From Candidatus Limnocylindria bacterium (lineage in GTDB: Bacteria; Chloroflexota; Limnocylindria; QHBO01), in assembly GCA_030146365.1 (NCBI GenBank), contig JASLBU010000187.1, positions 49 through 64,048 on the forward strand: a stretch of DNA of 64,000 nucleotides, read 5' to 3'. Below, one piece after another: positions 26,713-35,750 of this stretch. Under the pieces are notes generated by a model. It saw nothing but the letters and a program-made list of their open reading frames with translations. It searched no databases and was not told where the DNA came from. Position 1 is the first letter of the stretch; every line of letters begins with the position of its first letter. Made by a program: the position numbers and the translations under genes.

Positions 26713-27518
26713 CGGCCGAGTGCCCGCTCCAGCAGTCCGCCGAGACGCGCCCAGACGCGCTCTCCGCCTCCGTTCGACACGCCGTTGGACCGGTCGCCCG
26801 CGAGCGCGCGGGCGAACGCGCCCGTCCCGCGCCGCTCGTCCGCGATCAGCACGCCGTCCTGCAATCGCACCACCCGGTCGGTCGCTCCCGCGATCCCGGC
26901 GTCGTGCGTGACGATGATGATCGTGACCCGGCGATCGACGTTCAGGTCGCGGAGGGTGGCCATCAGCCGCTCGGAGGTGGCCGAGTCGAGCTCCCCGGTG
27001 GGCTCGTCGGCGAGGATCACTGCGGGGTCGTTGATGAGCGCACGGGCGATCGCCACCCGCTGCTGCTCGCCGCCGGACAGCTCCGTCGGCCGGTGCGTCA
27101 GCCGGCCGCCGAGACCGACGAGGTCGAGGAGCTCCGTCGCTCGCTCCCGCCCGTCGCGCCGTCGCGGACCGTAGCGCAGCGGAAGCGTGACGTTCTCGAT
27201 GGCCGTCAGCGTCGGGATCAGGTTGAACTCCTGGAAGACGAACCCGATCCGCTCCCGCCGGATGGTGGCGAGGTCACCGTCCGACGCGCCGATGACGCTC
27301 CGCCCATCGATCGAGAGCTCACCGGCGGTGGGGCGGAGCAGGCAGCCGAGGAGGTCGAGCAGCGTCGTCTTGCCCGAGCCTGACCGGCCCATGATCGACA
27401 TGAACTCGCCGGGGCCGACCGACAGGTCGATGCCGTCGACCGCGCGCACCTCGGACGCGCCACGCCGATACACCTTTGTCAGGCCGTGGGCCTCGAGGAT
27501 CGTCTCGGTGGCCATCAC
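26709..27518 (-). CDS. ABC transporter ATP-binding protein (MacB/LolD/FtsE type)
   Basis: Walker A GRSGSGKTT, signature LSGGEQQRVAIARA and Walker B ILADEPTGELD are present. ATGA overlap with the downstream ATPase start. Confidence 0.85.
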   Translation of the reverse strand: MMATETILEAHGLTKVYRRGASEVRAVDGIDLSVGPGEFMSIMGRSGSGKTTLLDLLGCLLRPTAGELSIDGRSVIGASDGDLATIRRERIGFVFQEFNLIPTLTAIENVTLPLRYGPRRRDGRERATELLDLVGLGGRLTHRPTELSGGEQQRVAIARALINDPAVILADEPTGELDSATSERLMATLRDLNVDRRVTIIIVTHDAGIAGATDRVVRLQDGVLIADERRGTGAFARALAGDRSNGVSNGGGERVWARLGGLLERALGR

Positions 27519-28678
27519 GTGCTCCGCAGCGCGGTGACGGGATCGAGGCGCGCCGCACGCAGCGCGGGATAGATGCCGGCCAGCGCTCCGAGCACCGTGG
27601 CGAACAGGAAGGACCGCACCAGGAGCATCGGCGTGAGGAGGAAGACCGTGGTGCCGGAGCCGGCCGTCTGCGAGTTCAGGATCACCACCAGCAGCGCGCC
27701 GGCCGACAGGCCGATGAGCCCCCCGATCGCGCCGAGCAGCGTGGCCTCGATGACGAACTCGCGCAGGATGGCGCCCGTCGGCGCCCCGACGGCCTTCTTG
27801 ATGCCGATCTCCCGTACGCGCTCCGAGACCGTCATCACCATCGTGTTGATCACCGACAGCCCGCCGACGATGACCGCGATGACGCTGGCCCCGACGATGA
27901 TGAGGTTGAACACGATGCTCGCCTGCCCGATCTGATCGGCCACCTGGTCTGGGGTGACGGTGCGCACGCCGTCGATCGCCTCCTCGACCGCGTCGGCCAC
28001 AGTGGCGGCCTGGGCGAGATCGTCGGGGAACACCTCGATCTGCGTGGCGAGCTCGTCGGTGCGCTCCTGGAACGCCTCCGGGACCGACTCGACGTAGATC
28101 TCCTGCGCATCGGCCAGCGGGACGTAGGCGATCTTGTCCGGGAAGGTCAGCGTGCGCTCCAGGACGCCGACGACCTCGAAGTCGCGCTCGCGCATCGTGA
28201 AGGTGTCGCCCACCCGCAGGTCATACCGCTCGGCGAGGTCGGCGCCGATCACCGTCACCCCGTCCTCATCGGCCTCCAGCAGCCTGCCTGCGTCCACGCG
28301 GAGCTCGATGCTTTCGTCGTACCACGTCTCCGGCTCGATGCCCGTCAGCAGCTCGGGGATGTCGAAGCCTCCGACCTCCTCCGGGTCCAGCAGCGTCTGG
28401 AGGACCGGGGTCGCGCGGTCGACACCCTCGATCTCCTCGACACGCTCGACGATGTCGCGGGTGATGGGCCGCGAGCTTGCCTGGAAGCCAGAGGCGGCTC
28501 CCTGGTCGAACACGAAGATCCGGGTGCGGAAGTACTCGTCGCCACCGTCCACGAGGACGTTCAGCTTCTCGGCCAGCGCCCCCATCACCGTGAGCGCGAA
28601 GACGCCGATGACGATGCCCAGGATGGTGAGCGCCGTCCTCAACGGACGGCGCCAGATGTTGCTGATCGCTTCGCTCAT
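27515..28678 (-). CDS. ABC transporter permease, FtsX-like (MacB family)
   Basis: N-terminal TM, a large periplasmic domain and a C-terminal three-TM FtsX core. 4-nt overlap with the ATPase start. Confidence 0.8.
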   Translation of the reverse strand: MSEAISNIWRRPLRTALTILGIVIGVFALTVMGALAEKLNVLVDGGDEYFRTRIFVFDQGAASGFQASSRPITRDIVERVEEIEGVDRATPVLQTLLDPEEVGGFDIPELLTGIEPETWYDESIELRVDAGRLLEADEDGVTVIGADLAERYDLRVGDTFTMRERDFEVVGVLERTLTFPDKIAYVPLADAQEIYVESVPEAFQERTDELATQIEVFPDDLAQAATVADAVEEAIDGVRTVTPDQVADQIGQASIVFNLIIVGASVIAVIVGGLSVINTMVMTVSERVREIGIKKAVGAPTGAILREFVIEATLLGAIGGLIGLSAGALLVVILNSQTAGSGTTVFLLTPMLLVRSFLFATVLGALAGIYPALRAARLDPVTALRST

Positions 28679-28792
28679 GGAATGGCTCGCATGCTAGCCG
28701 GGATCTCCGTCAGACGCCCATCCGTACGTTCGGCCCGCGCTCTTGGATGCTCCCTCCGCTGCGGCACCCGAGGGGCGGCTACCATCCAGCCG

Positions 28793-29464
28793 ATGGAGCC
28801 GAAGGACGAGAAGGCGGAGCGGACCCTCGGGAGTGAGCGCCCCTGGACGGGCAGGCGGATCCGTGTCCGCGTGGACGAGGTGGAGCGCTCCGACGGGCAC
28901 CGCACGACGCGGGAGGTCGTGGAGCATCCGGGCGCCGTCGCGATCGTGGCGTGGGACGGCGGGCGGCTGGCGATGGTCCGCCAGTGGCGCCATGCGACCG
29001 GACAGGTGCTGCTCGAGATCCCGGCCGGAACACTGGAGCCGGATGAGGCGCCCCTGGAGACGGCCCGCCGCGAGCTGGCCGAGGAGGTGGGCCTGGCGGC
29101 CGCGACCTGGGAGGAGGGGCCGCGGTTCTACACTGCCCCGGGCTTCTGCGACGAGCTCATGTACCTGTATCTCGCCACGGAGCTGAGCGCGGCGACGGCG
29201 CGCCCGGACCCGGACGAGGTGCTGGAGGCGACGTGGATGACCGCACCTGACGCGCTCGCAGCCATCGATGACGGGCGCATCCGGGACGCGAAGACGATCG
29301 CCGGAGTGTCCTGGCTGTCGCGACGGCTGGCTGCCGCAGCGGCCCGTGGCACGCCGGTTGCCGTTGCGACCGGCCATGACCACGCGCGCTCCCAGCCGCA
29401 AGCGACGCCGGCCGACCCGGGCGGAGGTCCTCGACCTTCCCAGCGACCCGGTCGAGTCGGCTGA
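28793..29464 (+). CDS. NUDIX hydrolase (ADP-ribose pyrophosphatase-like) with a C-terminal extension
   Basis: Nudix box GTLEPDEAPLETARRELAEEVGL is present. Start at ATG 28793; the upstream part of ORF 27476..29464 is antisense to the FtsX gene. Confidence 0.75.
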   Translation: MEPKDEKAERTLGSERPWTGRRIRVRVDEVERSDGHRTTREVVEHPGAVAIVAWDGGRLAMVRQWRHATGQVLLEIPAGTLEPDEAPLETARRELAEEVGLAAATWEEGPRFYTAPGFCDELMYLYLATELSAATARPDPDEVLEATWMTAPDALAAIDDGRIRDAKTIAGVSWLSRRLAAAAARGTPVAVATGHDHARSQPQATPADPGGGPRPSQRPGRVG

Positions 29465-30515
29465 GGAGGCGGGCCTCCGATACGTCACCGACACGGGTCC
29501 CGGCATCCGCCGGCGGCGGGCCGGACGAGGCTTTTCGTACGTCGGGCTGGACGGCCAACCGATCCGCGACCGGCGCCAGGTCGAGCGCATCCGCTCCCTC
29601 GCCATCCCGCCGGCATGGACTGACGTCTGGATCAGCCCGACCCGCAAGGGCCATATCCAGGCGACCGGTCGCGACGCCAAGGGCCGCAAGCAGTACCGCT
29701 ACCACCCCAGATGGCACAACGTGCGCGACGAGGTGAAGTTCGGTCGCATGATGGCGTTCGCCGCCGCCCTTCCGACGATCCGCGAGCGGACGGAAGCCGA
29801 CCTGCGGCGGCAGGGGCTGCCTCGCGAGAAGGTGCTGGCGACCATCATCCGGCTCCTCGAGAAGACGATGATCCGCGTCGGCAACGACGAGTACGCCCGC
29901 GACAACGACTCGTACGGGCTGACCACCATGCAGGACGAGCATGCAGAGGTCAGCAACCGCCGGATCACGTTCCGCTACCGGGGCAAGAGCGGCCGGGAGC
30001 ACGAGACGACGCTCGAGGACCCGCGCCTCGCCCGGATCGTGCGGCGCTGCCAGGAGCTGCCGGGCCAGGAGCTGCTCCAGTACACCGACGAGGACGGTAC
30101 CGTCCGCGACGTCGACTCCGACGACGTCAACGCCTACCTGCGGGAGATCACCGGCGAGCCGTTCAGCGCCAAGGACTTCCGGACGTGGGCCGGCACCGTC
30201 CTGGCGTGCATGGCGCTTCAGGAGTTCGAGCGCTTCGCCTCGGAGACGGAGGCGAAGCGCAACGTCGTGAACGCGGTGAAGCGCGTGGCAGAGCGGCTCG
30301 GCAACACCCCGGCGGTGTGCCGCAGCTCGTACATCCACCCGGAGATCCTCAGTGCCTACCTGGACGGCTCGATGCTCGAGTCGCTGAAACAGATGGCAGC
30401 CGAGGAACTGTCGGACGCAGGCCACGAGCTGAGCGCGGCCGAGGCGGCTGCCTTGGGCGTGATCCAGGCGCGCCTGGCCCGCGAGCAGCGCGCGCGGAGC
30501 CGATCGGCGGCCTAG
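29376..30515 (+). CDS. DNA topoisomerase IB (poxvirus/eukaryote-type, bacterial TopIB)
   Basis: TopIB blocks are present: GIRRRRAGRGFSY, ...KGRKQYRYHP, and the catalytic Tyr in AVCRSSYIHPEI. Start at ATG 29376, which overlaps the NUDIX ORF by 89 nt. Confidence 0.75.
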   Translation: MTTRAPSRKRRRPTRAEVLDLPSDPVESAEEAGLRYVTDTGPGIRRRRAGRGFSYVGLDGQPIRDRRQVERIRSLAIPPAWTDVWISPTRKGHIQATGRDAKGRKQYRYHPRWHNVRDEVKFGRMMAFAAALPTIRERTEADLRRQGLPREKVLATIIRLLEKTMIRVGNDEYARDNDSYGLTTMQDEHAEVSNRRITFRYRGKSGREHETTLEDPRLARIVRRCQELPGQELLQYTDEDGTVRDVDSDDVNAYLREITGEPFSAKDFRTWAGTVLACMALQEFERFASETEAKRNVVNAVKRVAERLGNTPAVCRSSYIHPEILSAYLDGSMLESLKQMAAEELSDAGHELSAAEAAALGVIQARLAREQRARSRSAA

Positions 30516-30898
30516 GCGGCGTCGCCCAGCCTGGCGAGGGCTCGCTGGTAGTCGTCGGAGTCCGGCTTCAGGAAGACGGCCATGCGAAGGTGCCGCCGCG
30601 CCGCGCGTCCGTCGCCCAGGCGCGCCTGCGCCAGCCCCAGCCCGAAGTGCGCATAGTGCGCCAAAGGATCCGACTGCACGATCGCGGCGAATCGATCCGC
30701 GGCGAGCTCGTGGGCTCCCTGGTTGTAGTACGCCTGCCCGAGGGCCTCGAGGATCGAGGCCTTTCCGGGCTCCATGGCGAGTGCCCGCTCCAGGAGGACG
30801 GCCGCGGCGCCGAAATGACGGTCGGCCAGCATCCGCGAGCCGCGCCTGAAGAGCTCGTAGGCGGCTTCGCGATCGTCGGGGCGGGGCTGCGGCTGCAT
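30512..30898 (-). CDS. Tetratricopeptide-repeat (TPR) protein
   Basis: Three TPR-like helices (ALGQAYYNQGAHELAADRFAAIVQSDP...). Confidence 0.6.
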   Translation of the reverse strand: MQPQPRPDDREAAYELFRRGSRMLADRHFGAAAVLLERALAMEPGKASILEALGQAYYNQGAHELAADRFAAIVQSDPLAHYAHFGLGLAQARLGDGRAARRHLRMAVFLKPDSDDYQRALARLGDAA

Positions 30899-30907
30899 CA
30901 GTCCAGC

Positions 30908-31951
30908 CTAGCGCCCGAGGTCGATGCGCTCCAGCCGGGGGTTCTCGGTGCGGCCCGGGATCCGGCCCCGCTTGGCGACCGGCTTCCCGCCGATCTCCTT
31001 CAGGTCACCGGTGAAGTCGATGGGGCTCGCCTTGCTGATGTACGAGCCGACGGCGAACGAGTCGACCGGCGCACCCGCCTCCTTGAACACGCCGATGCGG
31101 TCCACGTCCATGCCCCCGGACACGACGATCTTCACATCCGGATGGCCCGCCTGGTCGAGGCGAGCACGGACTTCCCGGACCAGCTCCGGCGTGACCCGCC
31201 CACGCTCCGACGGCGTGTCGAGCCGGACGCCCCACAGCCTGTCGCCCAGGGCATCTGCCACTCGAAGCGCCTCCTCCGCCTCGTCCTTGAACGTGTCGAC
31301 CAGGACCACGCGCGGCACGTCGGGGTCGATGTGTCGGTCGAACGCCTCGGCCGCGCGGACGGTGTCGCCGAAGATGAGCACCAGCGCGTGCGGCATGGTC
31401 CCTGTGGGGGCGAGGCCGGCCAGCCGGGCACCGGCAGGCGTGGAGGCGCCGATGCAGCCTCCCACGACCGACGCGTAATCCATCTGGTCGGCCACGCTCG
31501 GGTGGACGTGTCGAGCGCCGAAGCCGATGACCGGGATCGGCGCCGCAGCGTCGACGATCCGGCGGGCGGCGGTCGCCCAGCCGGAGCACGACGCCAGGAT
31601 GCCCAGGATGGCGGTCTCGTAGAGGCCGAAGGAGGAGTACCGCGCCTCGATGCGCATCACCACCTCCTTGTTGCCGAACCGATCCCCGTCATGGAGTGAC
31701 TCGACGACAGGCGTGTCGTTGCCGTTCACCTCGCTGAAGATCTCGCGTAGGTAGGCGATCGACTCCTCCGCCCCGCAGAGCACCCCTTCGCCGCGAGAGA
31801 AGACTTCCATGGTCACGACCGGATCGATGCCCTCGGCCGCGAGAATCGTCCTGGCTCGCTCGAAGTACACGTCGGCGGTCTCACCGGACAGGACGTCCGC
31901 GGCCGTCGGAAAGTGAGGTGCAGGGCGATCCGTCGACCGCTCAGTGGTCAT
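30908..31951 (-). CDS. Nicotinate phosphoribosyltransferase-family protein (NAPRTase, about 347 aa)
   Basis: Nicotinate PRTase-like blocks by eye: a YETAILG-like segment, HALVLIFGDT..., and GVRLDTPS at the phosphoribosyl site. Start re-anchored at ATG 31951 (MTTERS...), because the listed ORF has a spurious Arg/Gly-rich extension. Confidence 0.7.
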   Translation of the reverse strand: MTTERSTDRPAPHFPTAADVLSGETADVYFERARTILAAEGIDPVVTMEVFSRGEGVLCGAEESIAYLREIFSEVNGNDTPVVESLHDGDRFGNKEVVMRIEARYSSFGLYETAILGILASCSGWATAARRIVDAAAPIPVIGFGARHVHPSVADQMDYASVVGGCIGASTPAGARLAGLAPTGTMPHALVLIFGDTVRAAEAFDRHIDPDVPRVVLVDTFKDEAEEALRVADALGDRLWGVRLDTPSERGRVTPELVREVRARLDQAGHPDVKIVVSGGMDVDRIGVFKEAGAPVDSFAVGSYISKASPIDFTGDLKEIGGKPVAKRGRIPGRTENPRLERIDLGR

Positions 31952-33897
31952 GGCCGGGCAGTGTACGACGAGCGCCGCCGCACCAGGATCACGGCGGCGA
32001 TCAGCACGAGCACGGCGACGAGCACCACGCTGGCGATGCGCACGATACCGCCCGTCTCCGCGGCCGCCACGATCCGCTGCGCTTCGTTCGTCGCATCGAG
32101 CGCAGCGCGGAGGTCCCCGTCGGCGAAGTGGCCGTTGGCCATGCCCAACTCCACGGCTGGGTCGGGGCCCCCGATAAGCCCGATGCGCTCGAGGAACGTT
32201 CGCTCGCCACTGACCTCCGCCGCCGTCGCGGCGTACGCCTCGACGACGGACCGCTCCGCCTCCAGCTCGGCCACGGCCTCGCCGGCCGCGCCATACGAGC
32301 GCCACGCCTGCTGCAGCCGGTCCGGGGCGGAGAGGCCGGCGGCCCGCATCTCGTCGAGCAGTGCATCGCGGTCATCCAGCCAGCCGGCGCCGGCCTCCAT
32401 CTGCTCGGCCGCCACGTCGAACTCCCAGGCGGCCATTGCGGCCCGGACCGGGTCCGGCGCTCCCCACCCGTCCGCGGCGTCGACCAGCTCGGCGAACGTG
32501 GAACGGGCCGCCTCCCGGGCGGGCAGCAGGGCGGCATCCTCGTCGCTCAGGACGCGTTCGGCGAAGGCGTCCCCCAGGTCCGCCGATGCCACGGTCTCGA
32601 GGTGGTCGAGGAAGGAACGAGTCGTCAGCGGCGCGGCGGGCGCGGCGACGCCATCGGGCAGCGGCTGCGGCTCCACCTCGGCCGCCTGGTACGGGCCGAC
32701 GCCGGCGGCCGTACGCGCCAGCACGGTGCGGAGCGCATCGGCACCGACGGCCGCCTCGAGCTCCTCGATGAACGCCCACGAGGCGGCGTACCCGAACGCC
32801 TCCCCTGCCGGGCCCTCGTTGCCGGCCCAGGTGGCGAGCCGAAACCCGTCGGCGGCCCGAGCCTCGGCACGTTCGGCCGGGTCGTACGGCAGGGCGATCT
32901 CCAGCTGCTCGGCCACCCGCGCCGCGACGTCGCTGGCGAGGCCTTCCCTGAGCCAGCGGTCGGCGATGAATCCTGAGGACAGCCACACGTGGGCTACCTG
33001 GTGAATGGTCGTGAAGGGCGGCTGGTCGAAGGCGATCAGAATCTCCGTCCCGCGTTCCGGCTCCTCGGCGAACCCGGAGGTGTCGGCGGCGACGGATTCG
33101 GTGATCACCAGCTCGCCCAGCCGTGGATACGGCAGGCCGAGCTGCTCCTCGAGCAGCGGCAGGGCCCGGGTGACGAGGTCCGCCGTGCGCTCCCCCCACG
33201 CCTCGTCATCCGAGAACGAACGAACGACCAGATCCGCCGTACCGCCCTCCAGGGGCACCGCGGAGTCGAACGAGGTGTACTCCACCGGCTGGATCGCGGT
33301 CACCAGCGCCAGCCACTGCGCGGGGTCGTCGATGGCCCCACTCACGAACGCGCCGCCTTCCTCCGTCAGGGGATCTCCGTCGACGCGAACCTCGTATCCC
33401 TCCGGAACCGTCACCGCCACCGTGCCCGAGGTGCCGAAGCCCCACGCCGGGAAGACGACCACCGATGGACGGACGCGCAGCTGCGGGTGGTCGCTGTCCG
33501 GCAGCACGTACGTCAGCTCGAACGAGACGGTGTCCTCGTATCGAAGGTCGTCGCGCAGCGAGACGGTCGCGACGTTGACGTCCTCCTGGATCGCCACCTC
33601 GACACCGATGTCACCCTCCGCGTCGGTGGCGGCCACCGTGGTCGCCTGGTCGTGGATGGCGAGGCGGACCTCGTCGAACACGCTGAACTGCCCGGCAGGG
33701 TCAGGCGTCGTGTTGGTGAACGAGACCTCCACGCGCACGTCCACCTCGCCGTCGTCGGGTCGTACCGCGTAGGTGGCGACTGTCTCCATCGTGTAGTCGG
33801 CCGCCCGGACGACACCAGGCCGGACGGCCGGTGCGAGCAGAGCAGCAGCCGCGGCCAACCCGATCACGAGGCTGACGGCGCCAGGGCGCCGGATCAC
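31948..33897 (-). CDS. Large hypothetical protein with a signal peptide, a degenerate zincin-like HxxxH motif and a C-terminal TM anchor
   Basis: Signal-like N-terminus (VSLVIGLAAAAALLAPAVRPGVVRA), an HQVAHVW motif (HExxH with E replaced by Q), and a C-terminal TM (IASVVLVAVLVLIAAVILVRRR). The probable GTG start at 33897 overlaps the upstream stop (GTGA), and its own stop overlaps the NAPRTase ATG. Confidence 0.55.
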   Translation of the reverse strand: MIRRPGAVSLVIGLAAAAALLAPAVRPGVVRAADYTMETVATYAVRPDDGEVDVRVEVSFTNTTPDPAGQFSVFDEVRLAIHDQATTVAATDAEGDIGVEVAIQEDVNVATVSLRDDLRYEDTVSFELTYVLPDSDHPQLRVRPSVVVFPAWGFGTSGTVAVTVPEGYEVRVDGDPLTEEGGAFVSGAIDDPAQWLALVTAIQPVEYTSFDSAVPLEGGTADLVVRSFSDDEAWGERTADLVTRALPLLEEQLGLPYPRLGELVITESVAADTSGFAEEPERGTEILIAFDQPPFTTIHQVAHVWLSSGFIADRWLREGLASDVAARVAEQLEIALPYDPAERAEARAADGFRLATWAGNEGPAGEAFGYAASWAFIEELEAAVGADALRTVLARTAAGVGPYQAAEVEPQPLPDGVAAPAAPLTTRSFLDHLETVASADLGDAFAERVLSDEDAALLPAREAARSTFAELVDAADGWGAPDPVRAAMAAWEFDVAAEQMEAGAGWLDDRDALLDEMRAAGLSAPDRLQQAWRSYGAAGEAVAELEAERSVVEAYAATAAEVSGERTFLERIGLIGGPDPAVELGMANGHFADGDLRAALDATNEAQRIVAAAETGGIVRIASVVLVAVLVLIAAVILVRRRSSYTARP

Positions 33898-34469
33898 GAG
33901 GCGCGCCCGAGCAGACGCGCGAGCAGACCCGGCCGGCGGATGCGGGGCAGCGGCGGCTCCCACGCGGGCATTGCAGCCTCCACCTCCGCCCGGTGAGCGG
34001 CCAGCAGGCCGGCGTTCCGGTTGGTGCGGTCGCTCCAGTCCGGCAGCACGCCGCGGTCGTTGACGGCGTGCGCCGTTTCCTCGAGCAGTCGATCGGCGAC
34101 GATCGCGAGGCGTACCAAGCCCCGACCCAGCGCGTCACGGTCGAGGGATCCGGCGGGCAGCTCGGTCATCAGCATCGGGCGGTCGTCATCGGTCATGGCG
34201 AATTTCACGAACGGGTAGTCGAAGTTGGCACGGAGCATCCGGGCGTAGGTGCGCTTGGGGATCTCCATCGCCTCGAGCCCATAGTATGCCCACAGCGACG
34301 TTCCGACCCCCGCCACCCACGCCACCGTGACGCGCAGGTCATATCGACGTGCACCATCGATGACCACGTCGCGGCTCAGCGCCGGGTCACCGGCCTCGCC
34401 GCTGGACCCGACCGTCTCGACGCCCAGCTCGGCCAGCCACGCGTCGATCGATGCAGCCTCGGTGGTCAC
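33894..34469 (-). CDS. YbjN-domain-like hypothetical protein
   Basis: About 191 aa (LRVTVAWVAGVGTSLWAYYG...FDYPFVKFAMTDDDRPMLM). The GTG start overlaps the glgC stop (GTGA). The upstream part of ORF 33894..35066 is out of frame with glgC. Confidence 0.5.
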   Translation of the reverse strand: MTTEAASIDAWLAELGVETVGSSGEAGDPALSRDVVIDGARRYDLRVTVAWVAGVGTSLWAYYGLEAMEIPKRTYARMLRANFDYPFVKFAMTDDDRPMLMTELPAGSLDRDALGRGLVRLAIVADRLLEETAHAVNDRGVLPDWSDRTNRNAGLLAAHRAEVEAAMPAWEPPLPRIRRPGLLARLLGRAS

Positions 34470-35722
34470 GAGGCGGCGATCGTCTCGCCGGATCGGATGC
34501 GGCGGCGGCGCTGGAAGTCGCGCTCGGCGACGCCCGGGTCGATGCGGCAGTTCCGGCCGACCTCGACGCCCCGCGGAACGCGCGCCCGCTTTCCCACCAG
34601 CGTGATGCCCGCGTACAGCCGCTCCGGCTCGGCTCGATTCGGTCGCAGGTCCTCCCCGAAGCCCACGCGCGCGCCGGCACCGATCCACGCCTCCTTGTCG
34701 ACGATCGCCCGATCCAGGACGGCACCCTCGCCGATGACCGCGTCGAACATCACGATCGAGTCGCGAATCACCGCGCCGGCCATGACGCGGACACCGGGCG
34801 ACAGGATGCTGCGCTCGACCCAGCCGTCCACGACGCAGCCGTGGCTGATCATGGAGCGGCTCACCGTGGCGCCCGGTCCGACGCGTGCCGGCGGCCGCTC
34901 CTCGCTCTTCGTGTACACCAGCCAGCCCAAGTCGTTGAGCTCGATGCCCGGGTCGTCGCTCAGGAGATCCAGGCTGGTCTGCCAGTAGCTCTCGACCGTG
35001 CCGACGTCCTGCCAGTAGCCGGCGAACTCGTACGCGAACACGCGCCGGCCCTGCGCCACCATCCATGGCAGCACGTCGCGGCCGAAGTCCACCCGGTCGG
35101 GGCTCAGCAGCTCCCTCATGGCGGGCCAGCTGAACACGTACACCCCCATGCTGACCAGGTTCGAGGGCGGGTCGGCCGGCTTCTCGATGAAGTCGGTGAC
35201 CCGGCCGTCATCGGCGACGTCCAGGATTCCGAAGCGGTGAGCCTCCGCCAGGGGCACGGTGCGAACCGCGCAGGTGACATCCGCACGCTTCTCCCGATGC
35301 AGGTCGATGAACGGCCGGTAGTCCATCTTGTAGATGTGGTCGCCCGCCAGGACGAGGACGAGCTCCGGCGAGCGGTCGTCGATGAAATCCAGGTTCTGGA
35401 GCACCGCGTCCGCCGTCCCGCGATACCAGTCGCGGGCCCGGCCCCGGCCGATGAACGGCTGGAGGAGGGAGACCCCGCCGCGGCTGCGGTCCAGGTCCCA
35501 TGGCCGCCCGACGCCGATGTGGTCGATGAGCGACCGGGGCGCGTACTGCGTGAGGATTCCGACGTCCGTGAGCCCGGAGTTGACGGTGTTGCTCAGCGCG
35601 AAGTCGATGATCCGGTACTTGCCGCCGAAGGGCACGCCCGGCTTCGCGCGCACCTGCGAGAGGATGCTGAGGCGCTCGCCCTCACCCCCCGCGAGGATCA
35701 GCGTCAGGACCGGGCTGGACAC
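34466..35722 (-). CDS. glgC: Glucose-1-phosphate adenylyltransferase
   Basis: LTLILAGGEGERL, PFGGKYRIIDFALSN and a C-terminal left-handed beta-helix region are present. Confidence 0.9.
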   Translation of the reverse strand: MSSPVLTLILAGGEGERLSILSQVRAKPGVPFGGKYRIIDFALSNTVNSGLTDVGILTQYAPRSLIDHIGVGRPWDLDRSRGGVSLLQPFIGRGRARDWYRGTADAVLQNLDFIDDRSPELVLVLAGDHIYKMDYRPFIDLHREKRADVTCAVRTVPLAEAHRFGILDVADDGRVTDFIEKPADPPSNLVSMGVYVFSWPAMRELLSPDRVDFGRDVLPWMVAQGRRVFAYEFAGYWQDVGTVESYWQTSLDLLSDDPGIELNDLGWLVYTKSEERPPARVGPGATVSRSMISHGCVVDGWVERSILSPGVRVMAGAVIRDSIVMFDAVIGEGAVLDRAIVDKEAWIGAGARVGFGEDLRPNRAEPERLYAGITLVGKRARVPRGVEVGRNCRIDPGVAERDFQRRRRIRSGETIAAS

Positions 35723-35750
35723 GATCGGACGCTATCCCGGGTCGCGCGGC

